From a virus: a stretch of 64,000 nucleotides of DNA. Within the stretch, counting starts at the first letter, position 1. Each line of letters begins with the position of its first letter. The stretch is from positions 1 through 64,000 of IMG/VR virus record IMGVR_UViG_3300032287_003559; one strand, given 5' to 3'. The position numbers and the translations under genes are program-made. This document shows positions 47,594 through 56,987 of this stretch, piece after piece. The notes below the pieces were generated by a model. That model saw nothing but the letters and a program-made list of their open reading frames with translations, was not told the origin of the DNA and ran no database searches.

Positions 47594-48748
47594 ATGTCTC
47601 GTGGAGATTTACAAGAAATGGAAGTAGGCACAAAGCAATCCAGAACCGCCGTAAATGCAAATGCAAAGGCGGGAGCACCAATGCCAAAACTAGATGCAGG
47701 TGCTGTTGCAGGTCAAACTGGAGATTGGGAAGATCTTGGTGGACCAGATCCTTCAAACTACCGCCCAGATGATGATTCAGCAAAACTTAAAACCCCTGGA
47801 GCAACTCTTAAGCAAGTAAGAGATGTTGTCAATAAGGGCGCTAAGGCTGCAGAACCGATGAAGGGTTTGAATAAAGAAGATACTGAATATGATGAAGATG
47901 AAGAACTCTTAGAAGAAATTGACGAAGAAGACGAAGATCTAGTAGAAGCAAAGAAAGAGAAGAAGGAAAAGGAAGAAGAGGATGAAGAAGATGAGGATGA
48001 AGAAGAAGATGAAGATATGAAGGAAGAGTATAGCATTGAAGAAGATGTCAATGCTCTCTTAGGAGGCGAAGAACTTTCTGAGCAATTCAAGGAGAAAGCA
48101 AAGACAATTTTTGAAGCTGCTTTAAAATCAAAAGTTACTGAAATTAAAGAAGCACTTGAAGTTCAGTATGAAGAGAGACTTTCTGAAGAAATTGAGGAAG
48201 TTAAAGAAGAACTTAAGAATCGTGTAGATTCATATCTAGAATATGTTTCTGACGAGTGGTTTGCTGAGAATACTCTCGTTATCGAGAAAGGACTCAAAAC
48301 CGAAATGACTGAATCATTCCTAACTGGAATGAAGCAACTTTTTGAAGAGCATTATGTAACAATCCCTGAAGATAAATATGATGTACTTGAGAGTATGGTA
48401 GAAAAACTTGATGAAATGGAGACAAAACTCAACGAGCAAATTGAGAAGAATATCTCCCTTAACAAGCGTCTCGCAGAGTCGGTTGCTGATGGGATTTTAG
48501 ATCAAGTTTCTGAGGGACTAGCTCTTACTCAGAAAGACAAGCTCGCTTCACTTGCCGAAAGTGTTGAGTTTGAAAGTGAAGAAGAATATCGTGAGAAACT
48601 GGAGACCTTGAAGGAGGCATACTTCTCAAGATCTGCATCTCCATCCGCTAAAACTGAAACCCTTTCAGAGGGAGTAAGCGTTGCACATGAGTCCGTCTCA
48701 AATTCAATGGCTACTTATCTGAAAACTCTTTCAGCATTCAGCAAATAA
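47594..48748 (+). CDS. g22: Prohead core scaffold protein gp22
   Basis: Acidic tract, FKEKAKTIFEAA, VDSYLEYV..EW; TATAAATA at 47549; lies between g21 and g23. Confidence 0.93.
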   Translation: MSRGDLQEMEVGTKQSRTAVNANAKAGAPMPKLDAGAVAGQTGDWEDLGGPDPSNYRPDDDSAKLKTPGATLKQVRDVVNKGAKAAEPMKGLNKEDTEYDEDEELLEEIDEEDEDLVEAKKEKKEKEEEDEEDEDEEEDEDMKEEYSIEEDVNALLGGEELSEQFKEKAKTIFEAALKSKVTEIKEALEVQYEERLSEEIEEVKEELKNRVDSYLEYVSDEWFAENTLVIEKGLKTEMTESFLTGMKQLFEEHYVTIPEDKYDVLESMVEKLDEMETKLNEQIEKNISLNKRLAESVADGILDQVSEGLALTQKDKLASLAESVEFESEEEYREKLETLKEAYFSRSASPSAKTETLSEGVSVAHESVSNSMATYLKTLSAFSK

Positions 48749-48803
48749 TTGAATTTAATATAATTCAAACCCCAAACAAACACACTAGAAAAGGTAAACG
48801 CAA

Positions 48804-50234
48804 ATGTTCCAATCAGAGCATCTGCAGGAAAAGTGGGCACCACTCCTCAACTATGAGGGTCTTGATCCAATCAAAGATTCCCATCGTAGAGCAGTAACCG
48901 CTGTCCTGTTAGAAAACCAAGAAAAATTCCTTCGTGAGCAATCAGCTTTCGAAATGTCAGGTTCATTCCTGTCAGAAGCACCAACCAACTCAGCTAATGC
49001 TGTTGGTGGTTCTGGTGGTTTCGGTGGCGGTGCAACTGCTGCTGGTCCTACCGCAGGTTTCGACCCTGTTCTAATCTCACTAATCCGCCGTTCAATGCCT
49101 AACCTGGTCGCTTATGACCTGGCTGGCGTTCAACCAATGAGTGGTCCTACTGGACTCATCTTCGCAATGCGTTCACGTTATACCAACCAGAGTGGTACTG
49201 AAGCATTCTACAACGAAGTAGACTCTTCATTCTCTGGTCAAGACGCTGGATTCAACATTGCTGGTTTTGGTAGCACAAACGCTGGTCTTGGTACAACTGG
49301 ACCACAAAGAGGCACCAACCCATCAGTTCTTAACCCAGTTGGTGGTGGTGGCGATCAAGTAGCATACAACGTTGGACAAGGCATGCCAACGGGTGATGCA
49401 GAACAACTTGACGGTACTACTGGTGACGCATTCAACCAGATGGCTTTCTCGATCGAGAAAGTCACCGTTACTGCAAAGTCACGCGCTCTGAAAGCTGAGT
49501 ACTCACTTGAGCTCGCTCAAGACCTCAAGGCAATCCACGGTCTGAATGCTGAAGCGGAATTAGCAAACATTCTCTCAACTGAGATTCTTGCTGAAATCAA
49601 CCGCGAAGTCATCAGAACCATCTATAAGGTTGCTGAACAGGGTGCTGTACAGAACGTTGCAACCCCAGGTATCTTCGACCTCGACGTTGACTCCAACGGT
49701 CGTTGGTCAGTTGAGAAGTTCAAGGGTCTTCTGTTCCAAATTGAGAGAGATGCTAACGCTATCGCTCAGAGAACTCGTCGTGGAAAGGGTAACATCATCA
49801 TGTGCTCTGCTGACGTTGCTTCAGCACTGACCATGGCTGGTGTTCTCGACTACACCCCTGCACTCAACGCTAACCTGAATGTCGATGATACCGGCAACAC
49901 CTTTGCTGGTACTCTGATGGGCAAGTTCCGCGTCTATATTGACCCATATTCGGCTAACTTGACCTCAGCTAACGCTGCACCAGGTAACCAGTATTATGTC
50001 GTAGGTTATAAGGGTTCTTCCCCTTATGATGCAGGTCTCTTCTACTGCCCATATGTTCCTCTCCAAATGGTACGTGCCGTTGGTGAGAACAGCTTCCAGC
50101 CCAAGATTGGCTTTAAGACCCGTTATGGTCTTGTTTCCAACCCATTCGCTGAAGGCACCACTCAGGGTCTTGGTAGACTACAGGTTGACTCCAACCGTTA
50201 CTACAGACGTGTTGCAGTTAAAAACCTCATGTGA
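48804..50234 (+). CDS. g23: Major capsid protein gp23
   Basis: LISLIRRSMPNL, GVQPM.GPTGLIFAMR, KSRALKAEY..ELAQDLKAIHG, FQPKIGFKTRYG. Confidence 0.99.
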   Translation: MFQSEHLQEKWAPLLNYEGLDPIKDSHRRAVTAVLLENQEKFLREQSAFEMSGSFLSEAPTNSANAVGGSGGFGGGATAAGPTAGFDPVLISLIRRSMPNLVAYDLAGVQPMSGPTGLIFAMRSRYTNQSGTEAFYNEVDSSFSGQDAGFNIAGFGSTNAGLGTTGPQRGTNPSVLNPVGGGGDQVAYNVGQGMPTGDAEQLDGTTGDAFNQMAFSIEKVTVTAKSRALKAEYSLELAQDLKAIHGLNAEAELANILSTEILAEINREVIRTIYKVAEQGAVQNVATPGIFDLDVDSNGRWSVEKFKGLLFQIERDANAIAQRTRRGKGNIIMCSADVASALTMAGVLDYTPALNANLNVDDTGNTFAGTLMGKFRVYIDPYSANLTSANAAPGNQYYVVGYKGSSPYDAGLFYCPYVPLQMVRAVGENSFQPKIGFKTRYGLVSNPFAEGTTQGLGRLQVDSNRYYRRVAVKNLM

Positions 50235-50253
50235 GTCTTTCTCACAATTTTTC

Positions 50254-50280
50254 AAAGGTGCCGAAAGGCACCTTTTTTTT
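50254..50280 (+). terminator. Rho-independent terminator after g23
   Basis: AAAGGTGCC-GAAA-GGCACCTTT followed by a T-run; late promoter CTAAATA follows at 50283. Confidence 0.92.
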
Positions 50281-50301
50281 ATCTAAATATTTAAAAAAAC
50301 A

Positions 50302-50847
50302 ATGGCAACTCAGATTGAAAATAGAAATTTTCTATCCCCTACAGGATTTAAATTTACTTTAAAAAGAAGTCCAAAAGTTGCATTTTTTTGTAATGAAGCA
50401 AACATACCCGAATTAAATCTTGGAATTGCTCTTCAACCGACATATTTGAAAGATATCGACATTCCAGGAGATAAAATTGTTTTTGGTGATTTAAATTTAA
50501 GATTTTTGGTTGACGAAAATCTTGAAAATTATATGGAAATTCAAAATTGGATTCGTGGATTAGGGTATCCAGAAAATCTACAGCAGTTTGCAGATTTAGA
50601 AAATCAAGGATTGATTCAAGGGAATTATGCCAAAGATAGGCAGAACATATATTCTGACGGCACCCTTCAGATCTTAACAAGCAGTTCTATTCCAAATTTT
50701 CAAGTCGTTTTTAAAGATTTGTTTCCTTATTCGTTAGGAACTCTTACCTTTGATGCAACATCTACGGATATTGCATACTTTACGGCAGATGTAAGTTTCA
50801 AGTATACTATCTACAGTATAACTGATCTTAGTGGAAATAATTTATGA
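50302..50847 (+). CDS. g3: Tail tube terminator / completion protein gp3
   Basis: NFLSPTGFKF, FLVDENLENYMEIQNW, FKDLFP.SL..L.F. Confidence 0.85.
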   Translation: MATQIENRNFLSPTGFKFTLKRSPKVAFFCNEANIPELNLGIALQPTYLKDIDIPGDKIVFGDLNLRFLVDENLENYMEIQNWIRGLGYPENLQQFADLENQGLIQGNYAKDRQNIYSDGTLQILTSSSIPNFQVVFKDLFPYSLGTLTFDATSTDIAYFTADVSFKYTIYSITDLSGNNL

Positions 50848-51281
50848 GTATTGATTTAGCAACTATTCAAGAGATGTGGGAGAAAGATTCAAAAATAGAT
50901 CCAGATAATCTTCATACAGAATCTTTAAACATACCAACTCTTCATGCGAAATATTTTGATTTATATAATACAATAAATCTATTGAAGAAAAAAGCAGAAC
51001 AACAAAGAAAAAGAATTCGTCATGAAAGATATGAATATTTTACAGGAAAGGCAGATCCAGAAATTTATTTAGAAAATCCATTTCCCAAAAAGATAAGAGA
51101 TAAAGAAACGCTTCAAGGATATTTGGATTCTGACGAAAAATTATCTCAAGTATCTCTTAAAATTGAGTACTATGAAACTCTCCTAAATTATATTGAGAGT
51201 ATTCTTAAGGTTATTCAAAATAGAACTTACCAAATTAAGAATGCTATTGAATTTATAAAATTCCAGGCAGGTTATGGTTGA
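50844..51281 (+). CDS. uvsY: Recombination mediator UvsY
   Basis: W.KDSKID, IP.LHAKY, RTYQIKNAIEF..F.AG; adjacent to uvsW. Confidence 0.88.
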   Translation: MSIDLATIQEMWEKDSKIDPDNLHTESLNIPTLHAKYFDLYNTINLLKKKAEQQRKRIRHERYEYFTGKADPEIYLENPFPKKIRDKETLQGYLDSDEKLSQVSLKIEYYETLLNYIESILKVIQNRTYQIKNAIEFIKFQAGYG

Positions 51282-52755
51282 TACGACGAATTTGATTATA
51301 AGCAAGTCTAATGAAGTTTTTTTAAAGATAAGAACAGAACCTCATATAGAGTATGAATTAAGAGATCATTTTAAGTTTGAAGTTCCTGGGGCTAAATTTA
51401 TGCCCCAGTATAGAAACAAATACTGGAATGGTGAGATACATTTATATGATATTAGATCCAAGCAGATTTATGTTGGTCTTTTAGATAGACTAGTAAGTTT
51501 TTGTGAGCAATATGGATATTCATACAAATTTGAAACCAATAAATTCTATGGGCAACCCTTTGAAGTAAATGAAGATATATCATTTGAGGGTGTTAGAGAT
51601 TACATGCACTCTATTTGCTCACATTCTCCTCGACAGTATCAAATAGAGGGTGTATATGATGCATTGAGACACAATAGGAAACTATTGATAAGTCCCACTG
51701 CATCAGGAAAATCTTTGATGATTTATTCTCTCGTAAGATATTACGTAGATAAAGGTCAAAAAATTCTTTTAGTTGTTCCAACGACATCTCTCGTAGAACA
51801 GATGTATAAGGATTTTCTAGACTATGGTTGGGATGCTGAATCATATTGCCACCGTATCTATTCTGGAAGAGAAAAAACAAATGAACATTCTGTTACGATT
51901 ACTACGTGGCAATCAGTATATAAACTAGAACGTTCATTTTTTGAAGATTACAATGTGATTATAGGAGATGAAGCTCATTTGTTCAAGAGCAAATCTCTAG
52001 TTGAAATTATGACTAAACTTCATCATGCAAAGTATAGATTTGGTTTTACCGGAACTTTAGATGGAACTCAAACACATAAATGGGTTCTTGAAGGGTTATT
52101 TGGACCATCATATAAAGTTACAAGAACTGATGAATTAATGCAACAAGGACATCTATCTCAGTTGGATATTCGATGCCTTGTGCTTAAGCATCCTCCTCAA
52201 AAATTTGAAACCTATGAGGATGAAATACAATATCTTATTTCTCATGAGCAAAGAAATAAATTTATAACCAATCTTACTTTAGATTTGAAAGGAAATACTC
52301 TTGTTCTTTTCTCCAGAGTAGAAGCGCATGGAGCAGTTTTATATGAAAAGATAAATACTAACAAGCGAGATGATCGTAAAGTATTTTTTGTTCATGGCGG
52401 TGTCGACACCGAAGAAAGAGAGTTGGTTAGAGAAATTACAGAAAGAGAAAATAATGCAATTATTGTAGCTTCTTATGGAACTTTTTCTACCGGAATTAAT
52501 ATTAAAAATCTACATAATGTAATATTTTCTTCTCCTAGCAAATCAAGAGTTAGGAATTTACAATCAATTGGAAGAGTGCTAAGAAAAGGTAAAAATAAAA
52601 CAAAAGCAGTACTTTATGATATTGCAGATGATTGCACATACAACTCAAGAAAAAATTATACTTTAAATCATCTCATTGAAAGAATAAAAATCTATAATGA
52701 AGAAAATTTTAATTATGAAATAATAACTATACAACTTAAGAAAAATGGGAATTGA
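51274..52755 (+). CDS. uvsW: SF2 RNA-DNA/DNA helicase UvsW
   Basis: SPTASGKS, GDEAH, GFTGTL, LQSIGRVLR. Confidence 0.95.
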   Translation: MVDTTNLIISKSNEVFLKIRTEPHIEYELRDHFKFEVPGAKFMPQYRNKYWNGEIHLYDIRSKQIYVGLLDRLVSFCEQYGYSYKFETNKFYGQPFEVNEDISFEGVRDYMHSICSHSPRQYQIEGVYDALRHNRKLLISPTASGKSLMIYSLVRYYVDKGQKILLVVPTTSLVEQMYKDFLDYGWDAESYCHRIYSGREKTNEHSVTITTWQSVYKLERSFFEDYNVIIGDEAHLFKSKSLVEIMTKLHHAKYRFGFTGTLDGTQTHKWVLEGLFGPSYKVTRTDELMQQGHLSQLDIRCLVLKHPPQKFETYEDEIQYLISHEQRNKFITNLTLDLKGNTLVLFSRVEAHGAVLYEKINTNKRDDRKVFFVHGGVDTEERELVREITERENNAIIVASYGTFSTGINIKNLHNVIFSSPSKSRVRNLQSIGRVLRKGKNKTKAVLYDIADDCTYNSRKNYTLNHLIERIKIYNEENFNYEIITIQLKKNGN

Positions 52756-53140
52756 AGAAGACTTTTATGCTACAGTCAAATTAAAAACAGGTGAAGAAAT
52801 ATTCTGCAAGATCGCTGCATCAGAAGAAGAAGATAGGACAATGTTAATTATTTCCAATCCTATTGTTCTAGTAGAGGTTAAGAGTAGGAGTGGAATGATT
52901 GGATATAAAATTGAACCATGGATCAAAACTTCTACAGAAGATATGTTTATTATTAATCTTGAAGATGTTCTGACTTTATCTGAATCATCAGATATAGAAA
53001 TGATTATTATGTATCAAAATTATATTCGTCAATCAAATAAAGAAAAAACAAATCAAGCAAAACTAACAAGAAAGATGGGATACATCTCAAATGTTAATGA
53101 TGCTAAAGAGATCTTAGAGAAACTTTATAAGAATAGCTAA
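52745..53140 (+). CDS. Conserved hypothetical protein, Sm-like fold
   Basis: VKLKTGEEIF...NPI...PW pattern; lies between uvsW and g55. Confidence 0.65.
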   Translation: MGIEEDFYATVKLKTGEEIFCKIAASEEEDRTMLIISNPIVLVEVKSRSGMIGYKIEPWIKTSTEDMFIINLEDVLTLSESSDIEMIIMYQNYIRQSNKEKTNQAKLTRKMGYISNVNDAKEILEKLYKNS

Positions 53141-53169
53141 ACCTAATCTTATCAACCTCAACAAAGGTA

Positions 53170-53198
53170 ATTGTACAGGTATTTGAATACCTTGTCAA
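53170..53198 (-). promoter_or_regulatory. Antisense sigma70-type promoter
   Basis: Minus strand TTGACA-N17-TACAAT. Confidence 0.65.
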
Positions 53199-53220
53199 CT
53201 ATTTGTATAGATGTTATAAT
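53192..53220 (+). promoter_or_regulatory. Sigma70-type promoter of g55
   Basis: TTGTCA-N17-TATAAT with extended -10 TG. Confidence 0.8.
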
Positions 53221-53245
53221 CCATACATAATAATGATAAAAACTT

Positions 53246-53743
53246 ATGATAACCACAGCAGTCATGACCAAGAGAAAGAGGTCAGAGCATTACGTCAATA
53301 ACAAAGAGTTTCTTGCAGCTCTAATTAAGTACCGCGAAGACAAGGAAATTGCAGAAATCCAAGGGAAACCAAAACCTCCTATTCCTCGCTACATTGGGGA
53401 GTGCTTCCTGAAGATCGCAAATCATCTTTCCTTCAAGCCAAACTTCGTGAACTATATGTTCAAGGAAGATATGATTTCTGATGGTATTGAAAATTGTGTC
53501 CAGTATATTCATAATTTCAATCCCGAGAAGTCACAAAATCCTTTTGCATACTTTACTCAGATTATTCACTATGCTTTTCTTCGTCGTATTCAAAGAGAAA
53601 AGCGTCAATTAGAAATCAAAAATAAAATTCTTGAGCGTTCTGGATACTCTGAAGTGTTTGGAGACGACAACACGGTTGACGGAAGCAATTATTCCGATTA
53701 CAATAGCATCAAGGACAACGTTCATTCAAAACTTCGTTACTGA
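53246..53743 (+). CDS. g55: Late transcription sigma factor gp55
   Basis: HYVNNKEFL, YIGECFLKIA, DMISDGIENC, NPFAYFTQI..YAFLRRI..EK. Confidence 0.95.
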   Translation: MITTAVMTKRKRSEHYVNNKEFLAALIKYREDKEIAEIQGKPKPPIPRYIGECFLKIANHLSFKPNFVNYMFKEDMISDGIENCVQYIHNFNPEKSQNPFAYFTQIIHYAFLRRIQREKRQLEIKNKILERSGYSEVFGDDNTVDGSNYSDYNSIKDNVHSKLRY

Positions 53744-54777
53744 TGCGTATCGCTATCATCACAGACACTCACTATGGTGCTAGAAAAGGTTCAAAACTTT
53801 TTCATGATTATTTTGAACTTTTCTACAAGAATGTGTTTTTCCCGACGCTGGAACAGTACGGGATTGATACAGTCATTCATATGGGCGATGCTTTTGATAG
53901 TCGTAAGTCAATTGATTATCAAAGTTTAGAGTGGGCTAAAAGAGTTGTATTTGAACCTCTTAAAAATTATCAGGTTCATATGATTGTTGGTAATCACGAC
54001 AGTTATTATAAGAACACAAATAATACAAATTCTCCACAACTTCTTCTGAAAGATTATCCAAATATTCAAACTTATTCCGATCCGAGTGAGATCAGAGTTG
54101 GAAATCTTGATATTCTTCTTCTACCCTGGATTTGTTCGGAAAATGAAGAAAAGACTCTTAAGATGATTAAAAAGACCAAGGCAAAAGTTGCTATGGGACA
54201 TCTAGAACTTCAAGGATTCCGTGTAAATAGTCAGATTATTATGGAACATGGACTTGAAGCAAATATTTTTAAAGACTTCTCTAGGGTATTTTCTGGTCAT
54301 TACCACACTCGTTCTAATAATGGAAATGTATTCTATCTTGGAAATCCTTACCAGATGTTTTGGACTGACGTAAATGATACTCGGGGATTTACAATTTTCG
54401 ATACAGAAACATTAGAACATATTGCTATAGATAATCCTTATAGAATGTTTTATAATATTTACTATGAGGATACTAACTATCAAACATTTGATACTCGTGA
54501 GTATGAAAATAAAATAGTGAAAGTAGTTGTTCGTAAAAAGTCAGATACTAAAAAATTTGAAAAGTTTATTGATAAACTCTATTCTTCCAATATCGCAGAA
54601 CTTAAGATTATTGAAAACTTCGATATTCAAGAACCAGAAGATTTTGAAGCATTTGAAAGTGAAGATACTATTTCGATCTTGAATAGATATATTCAGGAGG
54701 CAGAAATTAATCTTGATAAATCTACCATTCAGAAAATGATGCAAGAAATTTATCAGGAGGCTTGTGAATTGGTTTAA
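53743..54777 (+). CDS. g47: Recombination endonuclease subunit gp47 (Mre11/SbcD-like)
   Basis: DTHYG, GDAFD, GNHD, GH.E, SGHYH metallophosphoesterase motifs. Confidence 0.95.
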   Translation: MRIAIITDTHYGARKGSKLFHDYFELFYKNVFFPTLEQYGIDTVIHMGDAFDSRKSIDYQSLEWAKRVVFEPLKNYQVHMIVGNHDSYYKNTNNTNSPQLLLKDYPNIQTYSDPSEIRVGNLDILLLPWICSENEEKTLKMIKKTKAKVAMGHLELQGFRVNSQIIMEHGLEANIFKDFSRVFSGHYHTRSNNGNVFYLGNPYQMFWTDVNDTRGFTIFDTETLEHIAIDNPYRMFYNIYYEDTNYQTFDTREYENKIVKVVVRKKSDTKKFEKFIDKLYSSNIAELKIIENFDIQEPEDFEAFESEDTISILNRYIQEAEINLDKSTIQKMMQEIYQEACELV

Positions 54778-55052
54778 TGTTTATTTTAACAATTAATGGT
54801 AGAGAAACAGAAGGTGCATATTCAGTAATTGATGATGAGGGAGAGCATATCTTATATCTCTTTGAAGAAGAGGACGATGCTGTAAGATATGCTATGATGT
54901 TAGAAGAAGATGGATACCCTGAAATGCATGTAATTGAAATTGAAGATGATGTGATGATAAAAACATGTGAACTTCATGGATATCAATACACTCTTATTAC
55001 TCCAAATGATATTGTAATTCCACCAAATAACTCTAGTTATGATTTTATTTAA
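54777..55052 (+). CDS. DUF3110-like protein
   Basis: EGAYS...LFEEEDDAVRYAMMLE..GYP...C...GY.Y resembles cyanobacterial DUF3110. Confidence 0.65.
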   Translation: MFILTINGRETEGAYSVIDDEGEHILYLFEEEDDAVRYAMMLEEDGYPEMHVIEIEDDVMIKTCELHGYQYTLITPNDIVIPPNNSSYDFI

Positions 55053-56751
55053 GACTATTCGTTGGAAAAATTTTCTTTCTACCGGCAATCAATATACTGA
55101 AGTTGACTTTACAAAAAATAAAACTAATTTGATCGTTGGTACGAATGGTGCAGGTAAGAGTACTGTTCTTGATGCTCTGACCTTTTCTTTGTTTGGAAAA
55201 CCATTTCGTAAAATTAATAAACCTCAACTTATCAATTCCGTAAATGAAAAGGATTGTAAAGTTGAGGTTGAGTTTTCTGTTGGAAAAACAGAATGGAAGA
55301 TCGTGCGCGGAATTAAACCTGCCTTGTTTGAAGTATGGAGAAATAATTCTATTCTGGACCAATCTGCTGCTGCATTGGACCAACAGAAATGGTTGGAACA
55401 AAACGTTCTGAAAATGAACTATAAGTCTTTTACTCAGATTGTTATTTTGGGTTCTAGTACTTTCGTTCCTTTCATGCAACTTTCTGCTGCTAATCGTCGC
55501 GAAGTGATTGAGGACTTGCTTGACATTAAAATTTTCTCTTCTATGAATGTGGTTATCAAAGAGAAAATTCGTCAGGCAAAGGAAGAGATTAAAGTTCTGG
55601 ATCTTAAGAAACAATCTCTTGCAGAAAAACTTAAGATGCAAGAAGAGTTTATTGAAGAGTTAGAGAACAGAGGAAAAGAAAGTATTGATAACAATAATCG
55701 GAAAATTTCCGATTTGGATAAAGAAATTCAACAACATATGGATGAAAATACTTCTCTGGAAGAACCTCTTTATGAGTATATCCGAGAGCAAGATAAGTTA
55801 GTTGGATATGCAGATAAGCTTCGTAAGTTGGGAAATCTGAAAGGTAAAATATCTCAAAAAGTATCGACTATTACTAAAGAGCATAAATTCTTCACAGAAA
55901 ATACGGTTTGTCCTACCTGCACTCAAGAGATTGATGAGACCTTTAGAATAAATAGAATTACCGACGCTCAAAATAAAGCAAAGGAGTTGCAATCTGGTTA
56001 TAAAGAACTAGAGGAGGCAATTAAAGAGGAAGAAGAGCGAGAGCGTCAATTCACCGCTCTATCGAAGGAGATTTCTAAATTAACGAATGGCATTTCTCAA
56101 AACAATATTAAGATTAACGGACTACGGAGACAAATCCGAAATCTTGAAAATGAAATTCAAACTCTTACCGAGAACCTTGCAAACCGAAATTCTGAACATG
56201 AGAAGTTAGAATCCTTCAAAGACAATCTAAAAACTACATACGACGAACTCGCTTCTAAAAAAGACCTAATCAACTACTACGATTTTTCGTATAGTTTGCT
56301 CAAAGACGGTGGAGTAAAATCCAAAATCATTAAGAAGTATCTACCGCTGATAAATCAGCAAGTAAATCGTTATCTTCAGATGATGGATTTCTATATTAAC
56401 TTCACACTTGATGAGGAATTTAACGAAACCGTCCAGTCTCCTATTCACGAAGATTTCTCCTATGCTTCCTTTAGTGAAGGAGAAAAAATGAGGATTGACC
56501 TTGCACTACTCTTTACTTGGAGAGAGGTTGCAAGATTTAAGAACTCCGTAAATACAAATCTTCTGATTATGGATGAGGTATTTGATTCATCTCTGGATGG
56601 ATTTGGAACAGAAGAGTTTCTTAAGATTATTCGTTATGTAATTAAAGACGCAAACATTTTTGTTATCTCTCACAAAACTGGTCTTGAGGACAAATTTGAA
56701 AGTGTCACAAAGTTTGAGAAAGTCAAAGGTTTTTCTCGTATGGTGGTCTGA
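55039..56751 (+). CDS. g46: Recombination ATPase subunit gp46 (Rad50/SbcC-like)
   Basis: GTNGAGKST, CPTC zinc hook, FSEGEKMRIDL, LIMDEVFD, VISH. Confidence 0.96.
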   Translation: MILFKTIRWKNFLSTGNQYTEVDFTKNKTNLIVGTNGAGKSTVLDALTFSLFGKPFRKINKPQLINSVNEKDCKVEVEFSVGKTEWKIVRGIKPALFEVWRNNSILDQSAAALDQQKWLEQNVLKMNYKSFTQIVILGSSTFVPFMQLSAANRREVIEDLLDIKIFSSMNVVIKEKIRQAKEEIKVLDLKKQSLAEKLKMQEEFIEELENRGKESIDNNNRKISDLDKEIQQHMDENTSLEEPLYEYIREQDKLVGYADKLRKLGNLKGKISQKVSTITKEHKFFTENTVCPTCTQEIDETFRINRITDAQNKAKELQSGYKELEEAIKEEEERERQFTALSKEISKLTNGISQNNIKINGLRRQIRNLENEIQTLTENLANRNSEHEKLESFKDNLKTTYDELASKKDLINYYDFSYSLLKDGGVKSKIIKKYLPLINQQVNRYLQMMDFYINFTLDEEFNETVQSPIHEDFSYASFSEGEKMRIDLALLFTWREVARFKNSVNTNLLIMDEVFDSSLDGFGTEEFLKIIRYVIKDANIFVISHKTGLEDKFESVTKFEKVKGFSRMVV

Positions 56752-56765
56752 ACCACTCAAGAACA

Positions 56766-56987
56766 ATGCAAGTCCCAAACTGGAAGCACCATTCCAAGAA
56801 AGAACAGAAACGAAAACTTAAACCGCAAGCACTGAGGCAAGCAAAAGCACGACTAGCCCAGTTCAAAAAGCGTCACATGGGTCGCCCACAAGGCGACCTT
56901 TCGTTTTATGATGGTCTCATACGAAACAAATCCAATGGCTGTCAATCACGAAATCAAGTCTCAACTCGCCAAGTTGCTTGCGACTGA
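56766..56987 (+). CDS. Small basic protein (PNWKHHSKKEQKRKLKPQALRQAK)
   Basis: ORF track; the 3' part overlaps the downstream promoter and gene start. Confidence 0.5.
   Translation: MQVPNWKHHSKKEQKRKLKPQALRQAKARLAQFKKRHMGRPQGDLSFYDGLIRNKSNGCQSRNQVSTRQVACD
56858..56912 (+). promoter_or_regulatory. Hairpin-type phage promoter (CCAGTT...stem-loop...TATGAT)
   Basis: CCAGTT at 56858, stem GGTCGCC/GGCGACC, -10 TATGAT at 56907; same spacing as 60005-60059. Confidence 0.65.

Noticed and set aside
47758-48090. Poly-Ser minus-strand ORF / GAAGAR simple repeat
   Set aside because: Antisense reading of the Glu/Asp-rich tract of gp22
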